Assembly: GCA_036006105.1 (NCBI GenBank)
Contig: DASYPZ010000033.1
Span: forward strand, 1 to 52,990
DNA from: Gemmatimonadales bacterium
GTDB lineage: Bacteria; Gemmatimonadota; Gemmatimonadetes; Gemmatimonadales; GWC2-71-9
Length of the DNA: 52,990 bases
Reading direction: 5' to 3'
Positions within the stretch are counted from its first letter, which is position 1, and each line of letters begins with the position of its first letter. Shown here piece after piece: positions 17,656 through 27,791 of this stretch. Both the position numbers and the translations under genes were made by a program. The notes beneath the pieces were generated by a model. That model searched no databases and had not been told where the DNA came from. It saw only the letters and a list, made by a program, of their open reading frames with translations.

Positions 17656-18846
17656 TCAGATGTAACGGAGCCAGCCACTCTTGTTCCGGGCCTTGACCTC
17701 CCCGAACCAGCGACATGCGAGATACAGGATCATCACGGCAACCGCCCAGACCAGGTAGAGCAGGGCCAGCGACCAGGTATATCCCTCGGGAGGATCGGGG
17801 TTCATCATCGGATGATTGGTAAACAGCCAGGGATCGACCGCGCCGGTCCGGAGCAGCGATACCAGCAGCGCCAGGCCGTGAATGAGCGGGATGTGCAGGA
17901 CATAGAAGAAGAAGGGAACCCGGCCGAAGGTGACGAGTGCGCCGGCCAGGCGTCCGCGCGCGGCGTCCAGCCCCGGCAGGATCAGCAGCATGGGGCCCAG
18001 CGTCATCAGCAGGAAGAGCAGCGAGGCCGGGTATTTGGTGGTGTTCAGGAACCGCAGCAGCGCGGGCATCGGCGAGTTCGGCCCGCCACTCCAGGGCCGC
18101 GGATCCCCGTAGAGGTTGAAGCCCCGGAGGACCAGGAACGCCGCCACGGCGGCCGCGCCCAGCCGGAGGCAGATGCGCCGGCGCTGTTCGGCCGGCAGCT
18201 CCATCACCGGGCCGAGCCCGTAACCCGCGGCCATCACTCCGACCCACGGCACGATCACGTAGAGCACCGCCAGGGTCGGCCCTCCCTGGCCCAGCTCCAG
18301 CGGCCCGCCGAAATAGAGGATCTGCGCGAGCGCACCCGCGCCAGCGCGCTGCAACATCCCGGCGACGGCGGGCATGATCAGATTGTGCCCCACGATCACC
18401 GCGACGCCGAAGGCACCCACCACCCTGGTGGGCAGGCGTACCAGCAGCGCCATCAGGATCATGCACCACCCGATGACCCAGATGACGCCGGCCAGCATGT
18501 AATGGGCGTAGTCCAGGTTGAAGGTCCACCCCAGGCGGAGCAGGGTGAGCTCGAGGAATACCAGCCAGACGCCGCGGGTCACCAGGTACGTCGACAGTGC
18601 CGCGCGGCCGCCGTGGGACCGGCCGTAGAGGTACGCCCCGGTGCCCGCCAGGAAGATGAAGATCGGCGCGCAGAAGTGAGTCACCCAGCGGGTAAAGAAC
18701 ACCCCGGGAGTGGGGCCGCCCGGCGACACACCGGAGAACACCCGGACGTGGTCGATCGCCATCAACACCATGACGGCGCCACGGACGATGTCGAGCGATG
18801 CGATGCGGGATGTTTGCGGGGCGGCGGGAATGCTGGCGGTGGCCAT
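17656..18846 (-). CDS. DUF1624 / heparan-alpha-glucosaminide N-acetyltransferase-like polytopic membrane protein
   Basis: N-terminal RIASLDIVRGAVMVLMAIDHVR motif. More than 9 hydrophobic helices. Confidence 0.78.
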   Translation of the reverse strand: MATASIPAAPQTSRIASLDIVRGAVMVLMAIDHVRVFSGVSPGGPTPGVFFTRWVTHFCAPIFIFLAGTGAYLYGRSHGGRAALSTYLVTRGVWLVFLELTLLRLGWTFNLDYAHYMLAGVIWVIGWCMILMALLVRLPTRVVGAFGVAVIVGHNLIMPAVAGMLQRAGAGALAQILYFGGPLELGQGGPTLAVLYVIVPWVGVMAAGYGLGPVMELPAEQRRRICLRLGAAAVAAFLVLRGFNLYGDPRPWSGGPNSPMPALLRFLNTTKYPASLLFLLMTLGPMLLILPGLDAARGRLAGALVTFGRVPFFFYVLHIPLIHGLALLVSLLRTGAVDPWLFTNHPMMNPDPPEGYTWSLALLYLVWAVAVMILYLACRWFGEVKARNKSGWLRYI

Positions 18847-19012
18847 GCTGTTCGCTCCGGGTCGCGGGTCGGCCTGGATAACAGTACGTCCAAGATTGCG
18901 GCGTTACGTCAGCGGCGGAGGGTCCGAGGCGCGGGAGTCCGCCGACGGTCGGGCTCGGCCCGCCGGCGGTTGTCGGGCTGCAGCGAGCGGTGAGTGGCTG
19001 GGCGAATTCGGC

Positions 19013-19807
19013 TCAGCGAGAATGGAGCCGGAGTGACGCGGCCAGGCGCTCCCGTCGTCGCCGGCTCACCGGGACCTGGGTACCGTCCAGCAGAATGGCG
19101 ACCGAATCGCCGTCGGAGCCCGCGTGGAGCTCCCGAATCCGATCCAATCGCACCAGCGCGGACCGGTGCACCCGCACGAATTCCGAAGGATCGAGCCGCT
19201 GCTCCAGCGAGGCGAGGGACTCGCGAACCAGGTGTCGCTGTCCCCCCGCGTGAATCCCGGCGTAGTAGTCCCGCGCCTCGATCCAGTCGATTTCCGCCGG
19301 ATCGAGCAGCAGGCGGCCGGTCGCGGTCGGGACCGCGATGCGCCGCTCGCCCGCGCCCGGACCCGGGCGGCCATTCCGTCGACCGGCATCGGCGGAGAGG
19401 AGGGCGGCCAGCCGCGCCGCCAGCTCACTCGCTTCGACCAGGCCGAGACGCTCCCGGACCCGCCGGATCGTGGCGTCGAAGCGGGACTGAGAGAGCGGCT
19501 TCACGAGATAATCGAGCGCGTGGGCCTCGAAGGCCCGGACCGCGAACTCGTCGAAGGCCGTCACGAAGACCAGGAACGGCATCCTTCGACCGGCCCGCTC
19601 CCGCACTACGCCGAAGCCGTCGAGCCCGGGCATCTGGACATCGAGGAAGACCAGGTCGGGCGCCACCGCATCGAAGGCGCGAAGCGCCTCGCGGCCGTTG
19701 CGGCACTCTCCGACCACGACGATGTCGGGGTGGGCCGCGAGCAGCTGACGCACGCCCCGCCGCGCCAGGGGCTCGTCATCGACGATCAGCGCGCGGATCT
19801 CAGCCAT
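19013..19807 (-). CDS. LytR/AlgR-family (LytTR) response regulator
   Basis: Receiver domain (ALIVDDEPLAR...FLDVQMPGLDG) plus a C-terminal LytTR DNA-binding domain. Overlaps the upstream kinase by 8 nt. Confidence 0.93.
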   Translation of the reverse strand: MAEIRALIVDDEPLARRGVRQLLAAHPDIVVVGECRNGREALRAFDAVAPDLVFLDVQMPGLDGFGVVRERAGRRMPFLVFVTAFDEFAVRAFEAHALDYLVKPLSQSRFDATIRRVRERLGLVEASELAARLAALLSADAGRRNGRPGPGAGERRIAVPTATGRLLLDPAEIDWIEARDYYAGIHAGGQRHLVRESLASLEQRLDPSEFVRVHRSALVRLDRIRELHAGSDGDSVAILLDGTQVPVSRRRRERLAASLRLHSR

Positions 19808-20918
19808 CGGCGGCTCGCGAGGTTGATGCGGAGACTTCGTGGAATGGCAGGCGCACCGTCGCGGTCACGCCGCCGCCCGGGCGATCGGCCAGGGTCAAGC
19901 GGCCCCGCTCGCCATACATGGTGGCGAGGCGTTCCCGGGTATTGGAGAGACCCAGGCCCCGGCGCTCCCCGTCCGGTGCGGGGTCGAGCCCGGGCCCGTC
20001 GTTGCTGACTTCGAGGACCAGGTCGTCGCCCTCACGGCGTGCCACGATCACCAGGGAGCCCCCTTCGGTTCGGCGGGCAAGGCCGTGGCGGAGCGCGTTC
20101 TCCACCAGCGGCTGCAGCACGAAGCTCGGCACCGCCGCGGCGAGCACCGCCGGATCGATGGCGAACCGGGCGCGGAGCCGGTCGGAGAATCGCACCTGCT
20201 CGATGGCCAGGTAGCGTTCCAGAAAGCCGATCTCTTCGGCCAGGGGGATCTCGGACGAACGGTCGGTCTGCAGGGCCTGGCGGAGAACCTCGCCGAGCTG
20301 CTCCAGCATCCGGGACGCGGTACCGGTGTCCTGGTCGCGCACCAGCACCGTGATCGCGTTGAGACTGTTGAAGAGGAAGTGGGGGTTGAGCTGCGACCGC
20401 AGCGCACCGAGCCGCGCCTCCGCGAGCTGGGAGGCGAGCCGGGCCGCGTGGACTTCGCGCTCCCGCGCCTCGGCGTAGTAGACCGTCGCATGCTCCACCC
20501 CGAGGACCGCGAAGTACACCGCGACGCCGAAGGGGAGTGTGATCAGGAACCAGCCCTCCATCGCCCGAAGCGGCGAGCCCATCGGTTCCAGGCCGAGCAG
20601 GTGCCGGTAGATGAGGCCGGCCCCGGCCCACATGACGCAGAGCAGCAGCGCGGCCGCGAAGTGAATCGGGATGTTGCGCGCGAGATGCCCCCGCCGGAGC
20701 GGAAGCCGCCGGGCCAGCAGGAAGACCAGCGGAGTGAGTGCGCCGTAGAGGAGCCAGTCGCCCCCCTCCCACAGCAACGTCTTGAGATTGGTCGGCTCGC
20801 GCCACCCGATCTTTCCCTGGAGCCAGGCGGCGAGCGCCGCCAGGAGCGCCGGCCCGACCCACGCCGCGGAAATGAGCGCCCAGGGGCGCAGCGCTCGGGG
20901 CTTCCGGGGATCGTGCAT
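19800..20918 (-). CDS. LytS-type sensor histidine kinase (His_kinase + HATPase_c)
   Basis: TM helices, then LRSQLNPHFLFNSLN (phospho-acceptor His region) and a GHKL ATPase (LVENALRHG, NDGPGL). Start at MHDPRKP (ATG 20918). Confidence 0.88.
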   Translation of the reverse strand: MHDPRKPRALRPWALISAAWVGPALLAALAAWLQGKIGWREPTNLKTLLWEGGDWLLYGALTPLVFLLARRLPLRRGHLARNIPIHFAAALLLCVMWAGAGLIYRHLLGLEPMGSPLRAMEGWFLITLPFGVAVYFAVLGVEHATVYYAEAREREVHAARLASQLAEARLGALRSQLNPHFLFNSLNAITVLVRDQDTGTASRMLEQLGEVLRQALQTDRSSEIPLAEEIGFLERYLAIEQVRFSDRLRARFAIDPAVLAAAVPSFVLQPLVENALRHGLARRTEGGSLVIVARREGDDLVLEVSNDGPGLDPAPDGERRGLGLSNTRERLATMYGERGRLTLADRPGGGVTATVRLPFHEVSASTSRAADG

Positions 20919-21051
20919 GCCCGAACTTAGAGTACGCTGAGGAGCCCGGCCACCGCGGTCCGGAGCCTCCACCCGCCCGCCCGTCCCCCGGCTGGGCCCG
21001 TTCGTCCAGGGGCGGTTTGCCTGCGCGACGATCCCGCATAGACTCCGTCCC

Positions 21052-22176
21052 ATGGTCCGCGACTCTCCCCAGGATGCCTGGACCGATCGCTGGTCGCCGG
21101 GACGGATGACCCTCGCCGTCATGGCGGTGGTCCTCGTGCTCGGGCTGCTCCGGTTCGGGGAGTTCTACTTCGACGACCTGACCCGCGGCTTGCAGGGGAC
21201 CTTCCTGAGCCGCGTCCTGGAAGAAGCAACCGGCAACGCGACCGCCCTGATCGTTGTTCCCGCCATCATCTGGCTCTGCCTTCACTTTCCGCTCCGGAAG
21301 AGCAACTGGAAGCTGCGGGTGCCGCTCTACCTGGTCGCGGCGGTTCTCCTCTCGCTCATTCACACCACGCTCAACTGGCGCCTCCGTCTGCTGACGTTCT
21401 CGCTCGCGGGACTCGGCCACTACGACTACGGCATCATGCCGCTCCGATATCTCATGGAGCTGCAGCACGCGATCGTGATGTTCTGGCTCCTGGTCGGGAT
21501 CGTCCATGGTTTTCTCTGGTACCGCGAGAGCCAGGCCCGCGCGATCCGGACCTCGCAGCTCGAAGCCCGGCTGGCTCAGGCCCAGCTGGCCGGGCTGCGC
21601 TCTCAGCTTCAGCCTCATTTCCTCTTCAATACCCTGAACACCATCGCGGCCGCCGTGTGGGAGGAGCCCGCCAAGGCCGATGGGCTGCTGACCCGGCTGT
21701 CGGAGCTGCTGCGAGTGGCACTCCAAGGTGCCCCTTCCCATGAGACCTCGCTGGGGGAGGAGGTGCGGGTCGCGGAGCTCTATACCGGTCTGATGCAGGC
21801 CCGCTTCGAGGATCGCCTGGCCATCCGGATGGACATCGATCCGGCCGCGATGACGGCCGCGGTTCCCCAGCTGGTGCTGCAGCCGCTGATCGAAAACGCC
21901 ATCCGCCATGGCGGCGATGCCGCGACCGGCCACATCGCGCTCGAAGTGCGCTGCTCGAGGAACAACGGCACGGTGGAACTGGCGGTCCGGGATCATGGCA
22001 AGGGATTTCCCGAGCCGCCCGCGACGGCGCTGGGGCGGGGCGTGGGACTCGGCAACACCGCCGAGCGGCTCCGGCGGCTGTATGGAGACCAGGCCAGCCT
22101 GCTGCTGGAGAACCCGGGCGGCGGCGGGGCCCAGGTGACCGTGAAGATTCCCTGGCGTGAGGTGCAGCAGGCGTGA
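21052..22176 (+). CDS. LytS-type sensor histidine kinase (paralog, divergent)
   Basis: LRSQLQPHFLFNTLN, LIENAIRHG, DHGKGF. TM helices at the N-terminus. Confidence 0.88.
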   Translation: MVRDSPQDAWTDRWSPGRMTLAVMAVVLVLGLLRFGEFYFDDLTRGLQGTFLSRVLEEATGNATALIVVPAIIWLCLHFPLRKSNWKLRVPLYLVAAVLLSLIHTTLNWRLRLLTFSLAGLGHYDYGIMPLRYLMELQHAIVMFWLLVGIVHGFLWYRESQARAIRTSQLEARLAQAQLAGLRSQLQPHFLFNTLNTIAAAVWEEPAKADGLLTRLSELLRVALQGAPSHETSLGEEVRVAELYTGLMQARFEDRLAIRMDIDPAAMTAAVPQLVLQPLIENAIRHGGDAATGHIALEVRCSRNNGTVELAVRDHGKGFPEPPATALGRGVGLGNTAERLRRLYGDQASLLLENPGGGGAQVTVKIPWREVQQA

Positions 22177-22940
22177 GTGATCTCCGGGCCCTGCTGGTGG
22201 ATGACGAACGCCCGGCCCGGCAGCGGCTCCGGCGTCTCCTCGATGCCCAGCGTGGCGTCGAGATCGTGGGCGAGGCAGCCGACGGACCCACGGCAGTCGC
22301 CGCGGTCCGCGAGCTCCAGCCCGACCTGGTGTTCCTCGACGTGCAAATGCCGGGTCTCGACGGTTTCGGAGTCGTCGCCGCGCTTCCCGATCCGCTTCCC
22401 CACATCGTCTTCGTCACTGCGTTCGACGAATACGCCGTCAAGGCCTTCGAAATCCACGCCCTCGACTACCTGCTCAAACCCGTGGCGCCGGAGCGGCTTG
22501 CGCGAGTGTTCGAACGGGTCGGCGGAGCTCGCGACGGAACCCAACCGTCGACGCTGGCTTCGAAGCTCGACCGGCTGCTCGAGGCGCTCGACCGGCGACC
22601 CCGGTACCTGGAACGGATCCTGATAACCAAAGGAGAGCGCTCCTCCTTCCTGTCGCTGGATCGGGTGACCCATGCCGAAGCTGCACGCAACTATGTGATC
22701 CTCCACGAGCCACCGGCAACCCACATGATTCGGGGCAGCCTCGGAACCCTGCTGGGGCGGCTCGACCCCGCCCGCTGGGTTCAAGTGAATCGCTCCACCA
22801 TCGTGCGGATCGAGGCGATCGCCCAGGTGGAGCCCTGGTTTCACGGGGAATACCACCTGACCCTCGGTGGCGGCGCCAAGGTGATCTGGAGCCGACGGTT
22901 TCTCTCCCGCGCCGACGAGGTGCTCGGCCGGAAGCTGTAG
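22173..22940 (+). CDS. LytR/AlgR-family (LytTR) response regulator (paralog)
   Basis: Receiver plus LytTR domains. GTGA overlap with the kinase. Confidence 0.93.
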   Translation: MSDLRALLVDDERPARQRLRRLLDAQRGVEIVGEAADGPTAVAAVRELQPDLVFLDVQMPGLDGFGVVAALPDPLPHIVFVTAFDEYAVKAFEIHALDYLLKPVAPERLARVFERVGGARDGTQPSTLASKLDRLLEALDRRPRYLERILITKGERSSFLSLDRVTHAEAARNYVILHEPPATHMIRGSLGTLLGRLDPARWVQVNRSTIVRIEAIAQVEPWFHGEYHLTLGGGAKVIWSRRFLSRADEVLGRKL

Positions 22941-22968
22941 GACGAGGGCGGTGCAATGGTGTTCGTCC
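22938..22968 (+). terminator. weak hairpin immediately after the response-regulator stop
   Basis: AGGACGA-N17-TCGTCCT followed by TCCC. The stem is only 7 bp. Confidence 0.3.
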
Positions 22969-23032
22969 TTCCCGCAGGCCCGCCCGTCCCGCCGAGGTGG
23001 CGACGATCTTCGACCAATCGCATTCTGAACCC

Positions 23033-24970
23033 ATGAAAAATCTCCTCGTGGTATCCATGGTCGTCCTCGCGGCGGGTTCGGCCGCCGCCCAGACTACTCC
23101 CGCCGGCGAGTGGCCGGCCTATGGCCGCGACCGGGGCGGGGAGCGTTTCTCGCCGCTCGACCGGATCAATCGCGCCAATGTGTCCCGGCTGACCGTGGCC
23201 TGGGAGTATTCCACGGGTGAGGCGGCGAGCATGACCGACAACAGCACATCGTTCGAGGCGACGCCGCTGGTGGTCGCGGGCGTGATGTACTTGAGCACGC
23301 CGCTGGGCAAGGTGGTGGCGCTGGACGCCGAAACCGGCAAGGAAAAATGGGCCGCCGACCTCAAGGTGCTGCCGATCGGGTTCGGGGATTTTACGACGCG
23401 AGGGGTCTCGCTCTGGGCGGATCCGGGCGCGCGGCCCGGCACGTCATGCGCGCTCCGCGTCATCGTCGCCACGGTGGACGGACGGCTGCATGAGCTCGAC
23501 GCCGCGAATGGACGCCCCTGCGCCGGCTTCGCGGCCGGTGGCAGCGTGAACTTGCGCCAGGGCCTCCGGAATCCACCCTACGAAGAGGAGGAATACGAGG
23601 TCACCTCGCCTCCGGCCATCGTCGCCGGGCTGATCGTGGTGGGTTCGGCCGTCGCCGACAACAACCGAGCCGCGGCGGCGAGCGGCGAGGTGCGCGCGTT
23701 CGACGTCCGGACCGGAGTCCTCCGCTGGACCTGGGATGCTGTCACCCAGAATCCCGCCGATCCCGCCTGGAAGACCTGGATCGGTCCCGATGCCCACCAC
23801 ACCGGCGCGGCGAACGCGTGGTCGGTCATCGCGGTGGATTCGGCGCGCGGCATGGTCTTCATTCCGACCGGCAGCGCCAGCCCGGACTATTTCGGCGGGG
23901 AACGCAAGGGACAAAATCTCTACGCGAATTCGATCGTGGCGCTTCGCGCCGGCACCGGGAAGATGGTCTGGCATTTCCAGACCGTGCATCACGATCTCTG
24001 GGACTACGACAACGCGTCCCCACCGGCGCTCACCACCATCACCAGAAACGGCCGCCGGATTCCGGTGGTGATTCAGACCACCAAGACCGGGATGATGTAC
24101 GTGCTCGATCGCGACACCGGCGTTCCGGTGTTTCCGGTCGAGGAGCGGCCGGTGCCGGCCAGCACCGTCCCGGGCGAGGCGGCCTGGCCCACGCAACCGT
24201 TTACCACCGGGATCGCTCCGCTCAGTCCCCACCGTCTCACCGCGGCGGATGCCTGGGGCCCGACGCCTGAGGATCAGGCCGCCTGCCGAACCAAACTGGC
24301 GTCGCTCCGGAACGACGGCATCTTCACGCCGCCCAGCCTGGAGGGCACGCTGGCGGTGCCCTCCAACATCGGCGGTGCCCACTGGGGCGGGTTGGCAGTT
24401 GACCCGGTGCGGCAGCTCGCCATCGTGCCGGTGAACCGGATCGCGGCGGCGGTGCAGCTCATTCCCCGGGAGGAATACCATCGCCGGCATCACGAGCCGG
24501 GGTACCGTCTCAAGGGCTCGCAGTACACCGACATGAGCGGCACACCCTATGTGATGCGCCGGGAAATCCTGTTCGGTCCCAGCGGTGCGCTCTGTACCGC
24601 GCCCCCGTTCGGCTCCTTGATCGCGATCGATCTCAAGACCGGCGCGCGCAGGTGGGAGGTCCCGCTGGGGACGGTCATGCCGGATCCGCCTGCCGGCGCC
24701 GAACACTGGGGCAGCCCCACGCTGGGAGGACCGATCGTGACCGCGGGCGGGCTGGTGTTCATCGCCGCCACGCTCGACCGGAAGATCCGGGCGTACGATA
24801 TCGAGACCGGCCAGGAGCTCTGGAGCGCTCCACTCCCGGCGGGGGGCAAGGCGACCCCGATGACCTATCTGGGCGCGGATGGCAGGCAGTATGTGGTGAT
24901 CGCCGCGGGAGGGGACGGAGATCGATTCGGGAAGAGTGACCGGGTGGTGGCGTTTGCTATAGGGCGCTAA
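23033..24970 (+). CDS. PQQ-dependent (quinoprotein) dehydrogenase, soluble periplasmic beta-propeller type
   Basis: Signal peptide MKNLLVVSMVVLAAGSAAAQ. Repeated W-containing propeller motifs and glucose/sugar dehydrogenase-like blocks (GANAWS, HHDLWDYD, GGAHWGG). Confidence 0.88.
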   Translation: MKNLLVVSMVVLAAGSAAAQTTPAGEWPAYGRDRGGERFSPLDRINRANVSRLTVAWEYSTGEAASMTDNSTSFEATPLVVAGVMYLSTPLGKVVALDAETGKEKWAADLKVLPIGFGDFTTRGVSLWADPGARPGTSCALRVIVATVDGRLHELDAANGRPCAGFAAGGSVNLRQGLRNPPYEEEEYEVTSPPAIVAGLIVVGSAVADNNRAAAASGEVRAFDVRTGVLRWTWDAVTQNPADPAWKTWIGPDAHHTGAANAWSVIAVDSARGMVFIPTGSASPDYFGGERKGQNLYANSIVALRAGTGKMVWHFQTVHHDLWDYDNASPPALTTITRNGRRIPVVIQTTKTGMMYVLDRDTGVPVFPVEERPVPASTVPGEAAWPTQPFTTGIAPLSPHRLTAADAWGPTPEDQAACRTKLASLRNDGIFTPPSLEGTLAVPSNIGGAHWGGLAVDPVRQLAIVPVNRIAAAVQLIPREEYHRRHHEPGYRLKGSQYTDMSGTPYVMRREILFGPSGALCTAPPFGSLIAIDLKTGARRWEVPLGTVMPDPPAGAEHWGSPTLGGPIVTAGGLVFIAATLDRKIRAYDIETGQELWSAPLPAGGKATPMTYLGADGRQYVVIAAGGDGDRFGKSDRVVAFAIGR

Positions 24971-24973
24971 GAC

Positions 24974-25048
24974 GCTAGGACGCTAAGAGGCTAGGAGGCT
25001 CCATGCGGATCGGACTCTCCGAGCCTCTTTGCGTCGTAGCGTCCTAGC
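24974..25048. terminator. long composite inverted repeat between convergent genes
   Basis: 12-bp perfect outer stem GCTAGGACGCTA (24974-24985) / TAGCGTCCTAGC (25037-25048). Inner 7-bp stem AGAGGCT / AGCCTCT. It fills the whole gap between stops at 24970 and 25050. Confidence 0.5.
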
Positions 25049-25049
25049 C

Positions 25050-27791
25050 TCATCGATTCAACCAGAAATTCGCCTTCACCAGAAAGATGTTGTTCGCCTT
25101 CGCGCCGAACAGCCGGTCCGCGTCTCGCGAGAAATCAAAGTCTCCGACGCGCGAGGCGACGTCCTGGCTGCTCCGGGTCCATACGAAGAAGAGGGTCGAG
25201 CCGGGCCGGTATTCCCAGCGCAGCACCGCGTTGCCCCGGAGCGAACGGAAATTGAAGTCCGGGTTGTCGAAGGTGATCGGCGCCGCCGGCCCGGCCCCGT
25301 CGGGATCGATGGTGTAGGTCGAGGCTCGACCATCGGCGTCGTTCTGCCGGGTGATGGTCCCGACATCCTGGCCGAATACCCGGAGCGCCCCGCTCCGCGG
25401 CGCGGCGAATTCCTTGAACCGGGTGTAGTGCACGCTGGAAATGAATGGCTGGGCAAACAGCTCGAAGGTGAGCGTGGGCGTGAAGGTGATGTTCATCCGG
25501 GTATCGAAACCCACCGTCTTCTGCAGCAGATTCGACATGATGTACCGGGTCCCGTAGAACGCCGTCGCGGTCGGGTCCGCCACGGCCGTCACGTACTGCA
25601 CCGACGAAGTGTTGTGATTGTACGAGGGTGAGACCGAGAGCGACACGTTGGACGCCGCCCGGATGTTCATGCCGACCCTGAGGCTCGGGTCGGTGTTTCC
25701 AAAGTCTCCGCGGGCGAAGCTCGGGTTCAAGGTCAGGCTGATGCGCTTCCGGCTGTCGGTCTGCAGATTGACGTTGTAGAACCAGAAGCCGGGACGCCGC
25801 ACCACCGGACCCCCGCGGAGCAGGGCGTCGTCGTAGGTGTCGGTGCGTCGGATCGCGAAGAAATTCAGCTGCCAATAGTTGAGCAACTGGCCGAAGGCCC
25901 CGGTGTGGAACTGGGTGTCGGTCCGATCACCGTCGAAATTGTATTGGCGCTGCGAGCCCAGGATCAGGAAATAATTCCGGTACCACTTGGTGGGCCGGCT
26001 CAGCGAGAGCGCCAGGTTGGTGTTCATCCAGAAGTAGTCGGCCCGGGTATTGAAGGCGAGATCATTGGCCTCGAAGCCCGGGGTCCGCCAGTTCACCGCG
26101 GATTCGAACAACCACTTGCCCCCCTCCTTGGCTATCCTGCTGTAGCCTCCCAGTCCCCGGAGCGAGGTCGCATTCGGATCATACCGGTCGGAAAGAAACC
26201 CGTTGCCGCCGGATTGCCGGTCCGGGCGCTGGAAATAGCGGGCGCTGGAATTCTGCAGCAGCTGAATCGCGCTGGGAGTCCCCGTGTTGTTGGTGAGCGC
26301 GAGGTTACCCACCCAGGAATAGCTCCGGTTCTTCCACCGCGCGTTCCAGTCGAAGCCGAGCGCCTCGGAGTGGGAGTTGAGCTCGCTCTTGAGGAGCGGG
26401 TCGCTCAGGTCGCGGTAGACCGACGTGGCCATCCCGCCGAGGACCAGGTCGCCGCCCTTGAAATCCTTCTTGAGGCGGCCCACGAAGTAGTTGGTGAGCG
26501 GCTCGACCTGCTGGGTGAGCCGGGTCCCCGAGAGGTCTACCGCGGCATTCTCCCGTGCCGTCATGGCGTCGAGCATCCCGATGGTAAAGCCCTTCCCGGT
26601 ACGGCCGGTCACCTTGGCCGCCCCCAGGATAGTGGAGGCATCGGGAACGTGCGCGAAGGTGGCGCCGTCGGGCAGCGATCCCTGGGGATGCCGGCCGATG
26701 CGACGGCTGTAGAACAGCGAAAGCGTCGAGACATTGCTGCAGAAGTAACAACTGAACCCGCCGAATCCGAACGTGCCGCTGCCTTCGACGAAGAAGGGAC
26801 GCTGCTCCGGAAAAAACGTTTCGAAGGCCGAGAGGTTGACCACCGCGGGATCCACCTCGACCTGGCCGAAGTCGGGATTGATGGTGGCATCCAGGGTGAC
26901 GTTCGACGTCAGCAGATATTTGAGATCGGCGCCGAAGCGGGAATCGGCGTGGTTGGGCCGGTAGAATGGATCGGTCGTGTCGCCGTCCTGGAGGCGCTGA
27001 TACCGACCCACGACGTAGGGCAACACCTCGAGGCGTCGCTTGGCTCCTCGTCCCGGCGCGAGGCCGTCGATGTGTCCGAAACGGGCCGGGCCGCCGGTCT
27101 CCTCGGGTCCCCAGAACGACCACATCGAGATCTCGTTGAGCCGGGCCTCGGTCCGCCACACCTGCATCCCCCACGATTGCACCGAGTCGCGGGCGAAGCG
27201 GAGCTGCGAGAACGGGATCCGGAACTCCGCGGTCCAACCCAGCGAGTCGACGTGGGTCTTGACCTCCCAGATGGGATCCCAGGACGGATCGGCGAATTCG
27301 GTGGCCTGGCCGGCATCCTGCCGCGAGCCCGAGGGCGCCACGGTGAAGACCGTGCGACCGATGTGATTGTGGTAGGTGTCGAACACGAGCTGCACGATGT
27401 CGCTGTTGCTGGTTTCCTGATCCCGGCGCACCAGCTGGCTCCGGACACCCGCCGAGCCATGATCGTCGAACATGCGCGCGCCCACGTAGAGCGCATCATC
27501 GTCGTACAGGATCCGAACTTCGGTGCGCTGGGTTGCCGGCTCTCCCACCTTGGGCTGGGCCTGCCGGAAATCGGTGGCGGCCTGCGCCTGGACCCAGATC
27601 GGCTCGTCGAGGCGTCCGTCCACCGTGATCGGGGTACTCCGTTGCAGGGCGCGCACCGAGGGCGACGGGAGCGCGTGCGGCGCGGCGGCGTGCGGGATCG
27701 CGGTTCCTTCGTGCGCCTGGGCCTGGGCGCTCAATGCGCCGGCCATCGCGAGCGAACACAGGGGGAGGCCCAAATGGTAAACCAGCCGCAT
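25050..27791 (-). CDS. DUF5916 / CBM9-like domain outer-membrane protein
   Basis: Signal peptide. N-terminal ITVDGRLDEPIW...DFRQ..P carbohydrate-binding-family-9-like module. Long beta-rich C-terminus ending in an aromatic-rich strand (KANFWLNR). Confidence 0.78.
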   Translation of the reverse strand: MRLVYHLGLPLCSLAMAGALSAQAQAHEGTAIPHAAAPHALPSPSVRALQRSTPITVDGRLDEPIWVQAQAATDFRQAQPKVGEPATQRTEVRILYDDDALYVGARMFDDHGSAGVRSQLVRRDQETSNSDIVQLVFDTYHNHIGRTVFTVAPSGSRQDAGQATEFADPSWDPIWEVKTHVDSLGWTAEFRIPFSQLRFARDSVQSWGMQVWRTEARLNEISMWSFWGPEETGGPARFGHIDGLAPGRGAKRRLEVLPYVVGRYQRLQDGDTTDPFYRPNHADSRFGADLKYLLTSNVTLDATINPDFGQVEVDPAVVNLSAFETFFPEQRPFFVEGSGTFGFGGFSCYFCSNVSTLSLFYSRRIGRHPQGSLPDGATFAHVPDASTILGAAKVTGRTGKGFTIGMLDAMTARENAAVDLSGTRLTQQVEPLTNYFVGRLKKDFKGGDLVLGGMATSVYRDLSDPLLKSELNSHSEALGFDWNARWKNRSYSWVGNLALTNNTGTPSAIQLLQNSSARYFQRPDRQSGGNGFLSDRYDPNATSLRGLGGYSRIAKEGGKWLFESAVNWRTPGFEANDLAFNTRADYFWMNTNLALSLSRPTKWYRNYFLILGSQRQYNFDGDRTDTQFHTGAFGQLLNYWQLNFFAIRRTDTYDDALLRGGPVVRRPGFWFYNVNLQTDSRKRISLTLNPSFARGDFGNTDPSLRVGMNIRAASNVSLSVSPSYNHNTSSVQYVTAVADPTATAFYGTRYIMSNLLQKTVGFDTRMNITFTPTLTFELFAQPFISSVHYTRFKEFAAPRSGALRVFGQDVGTITRQNDADGRASTYTIDPDGAGPAAPITFDNPDFNFRSLRGNAVLRWEYRPGSTLFFVWTRSSQDVASRVGDFDFSRDADRLFGAKANNIFLVKANFWLNR

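Noticed and set aside
20032-21996. 654-aa minus-strand ORF spanning the divergent LytS promoter region
   Set aside because: It runs through the intergenic spacer and antisense to kinase 21052-22176. No motifs. Both real kinases are identified by their His-box and GHKL motifs.
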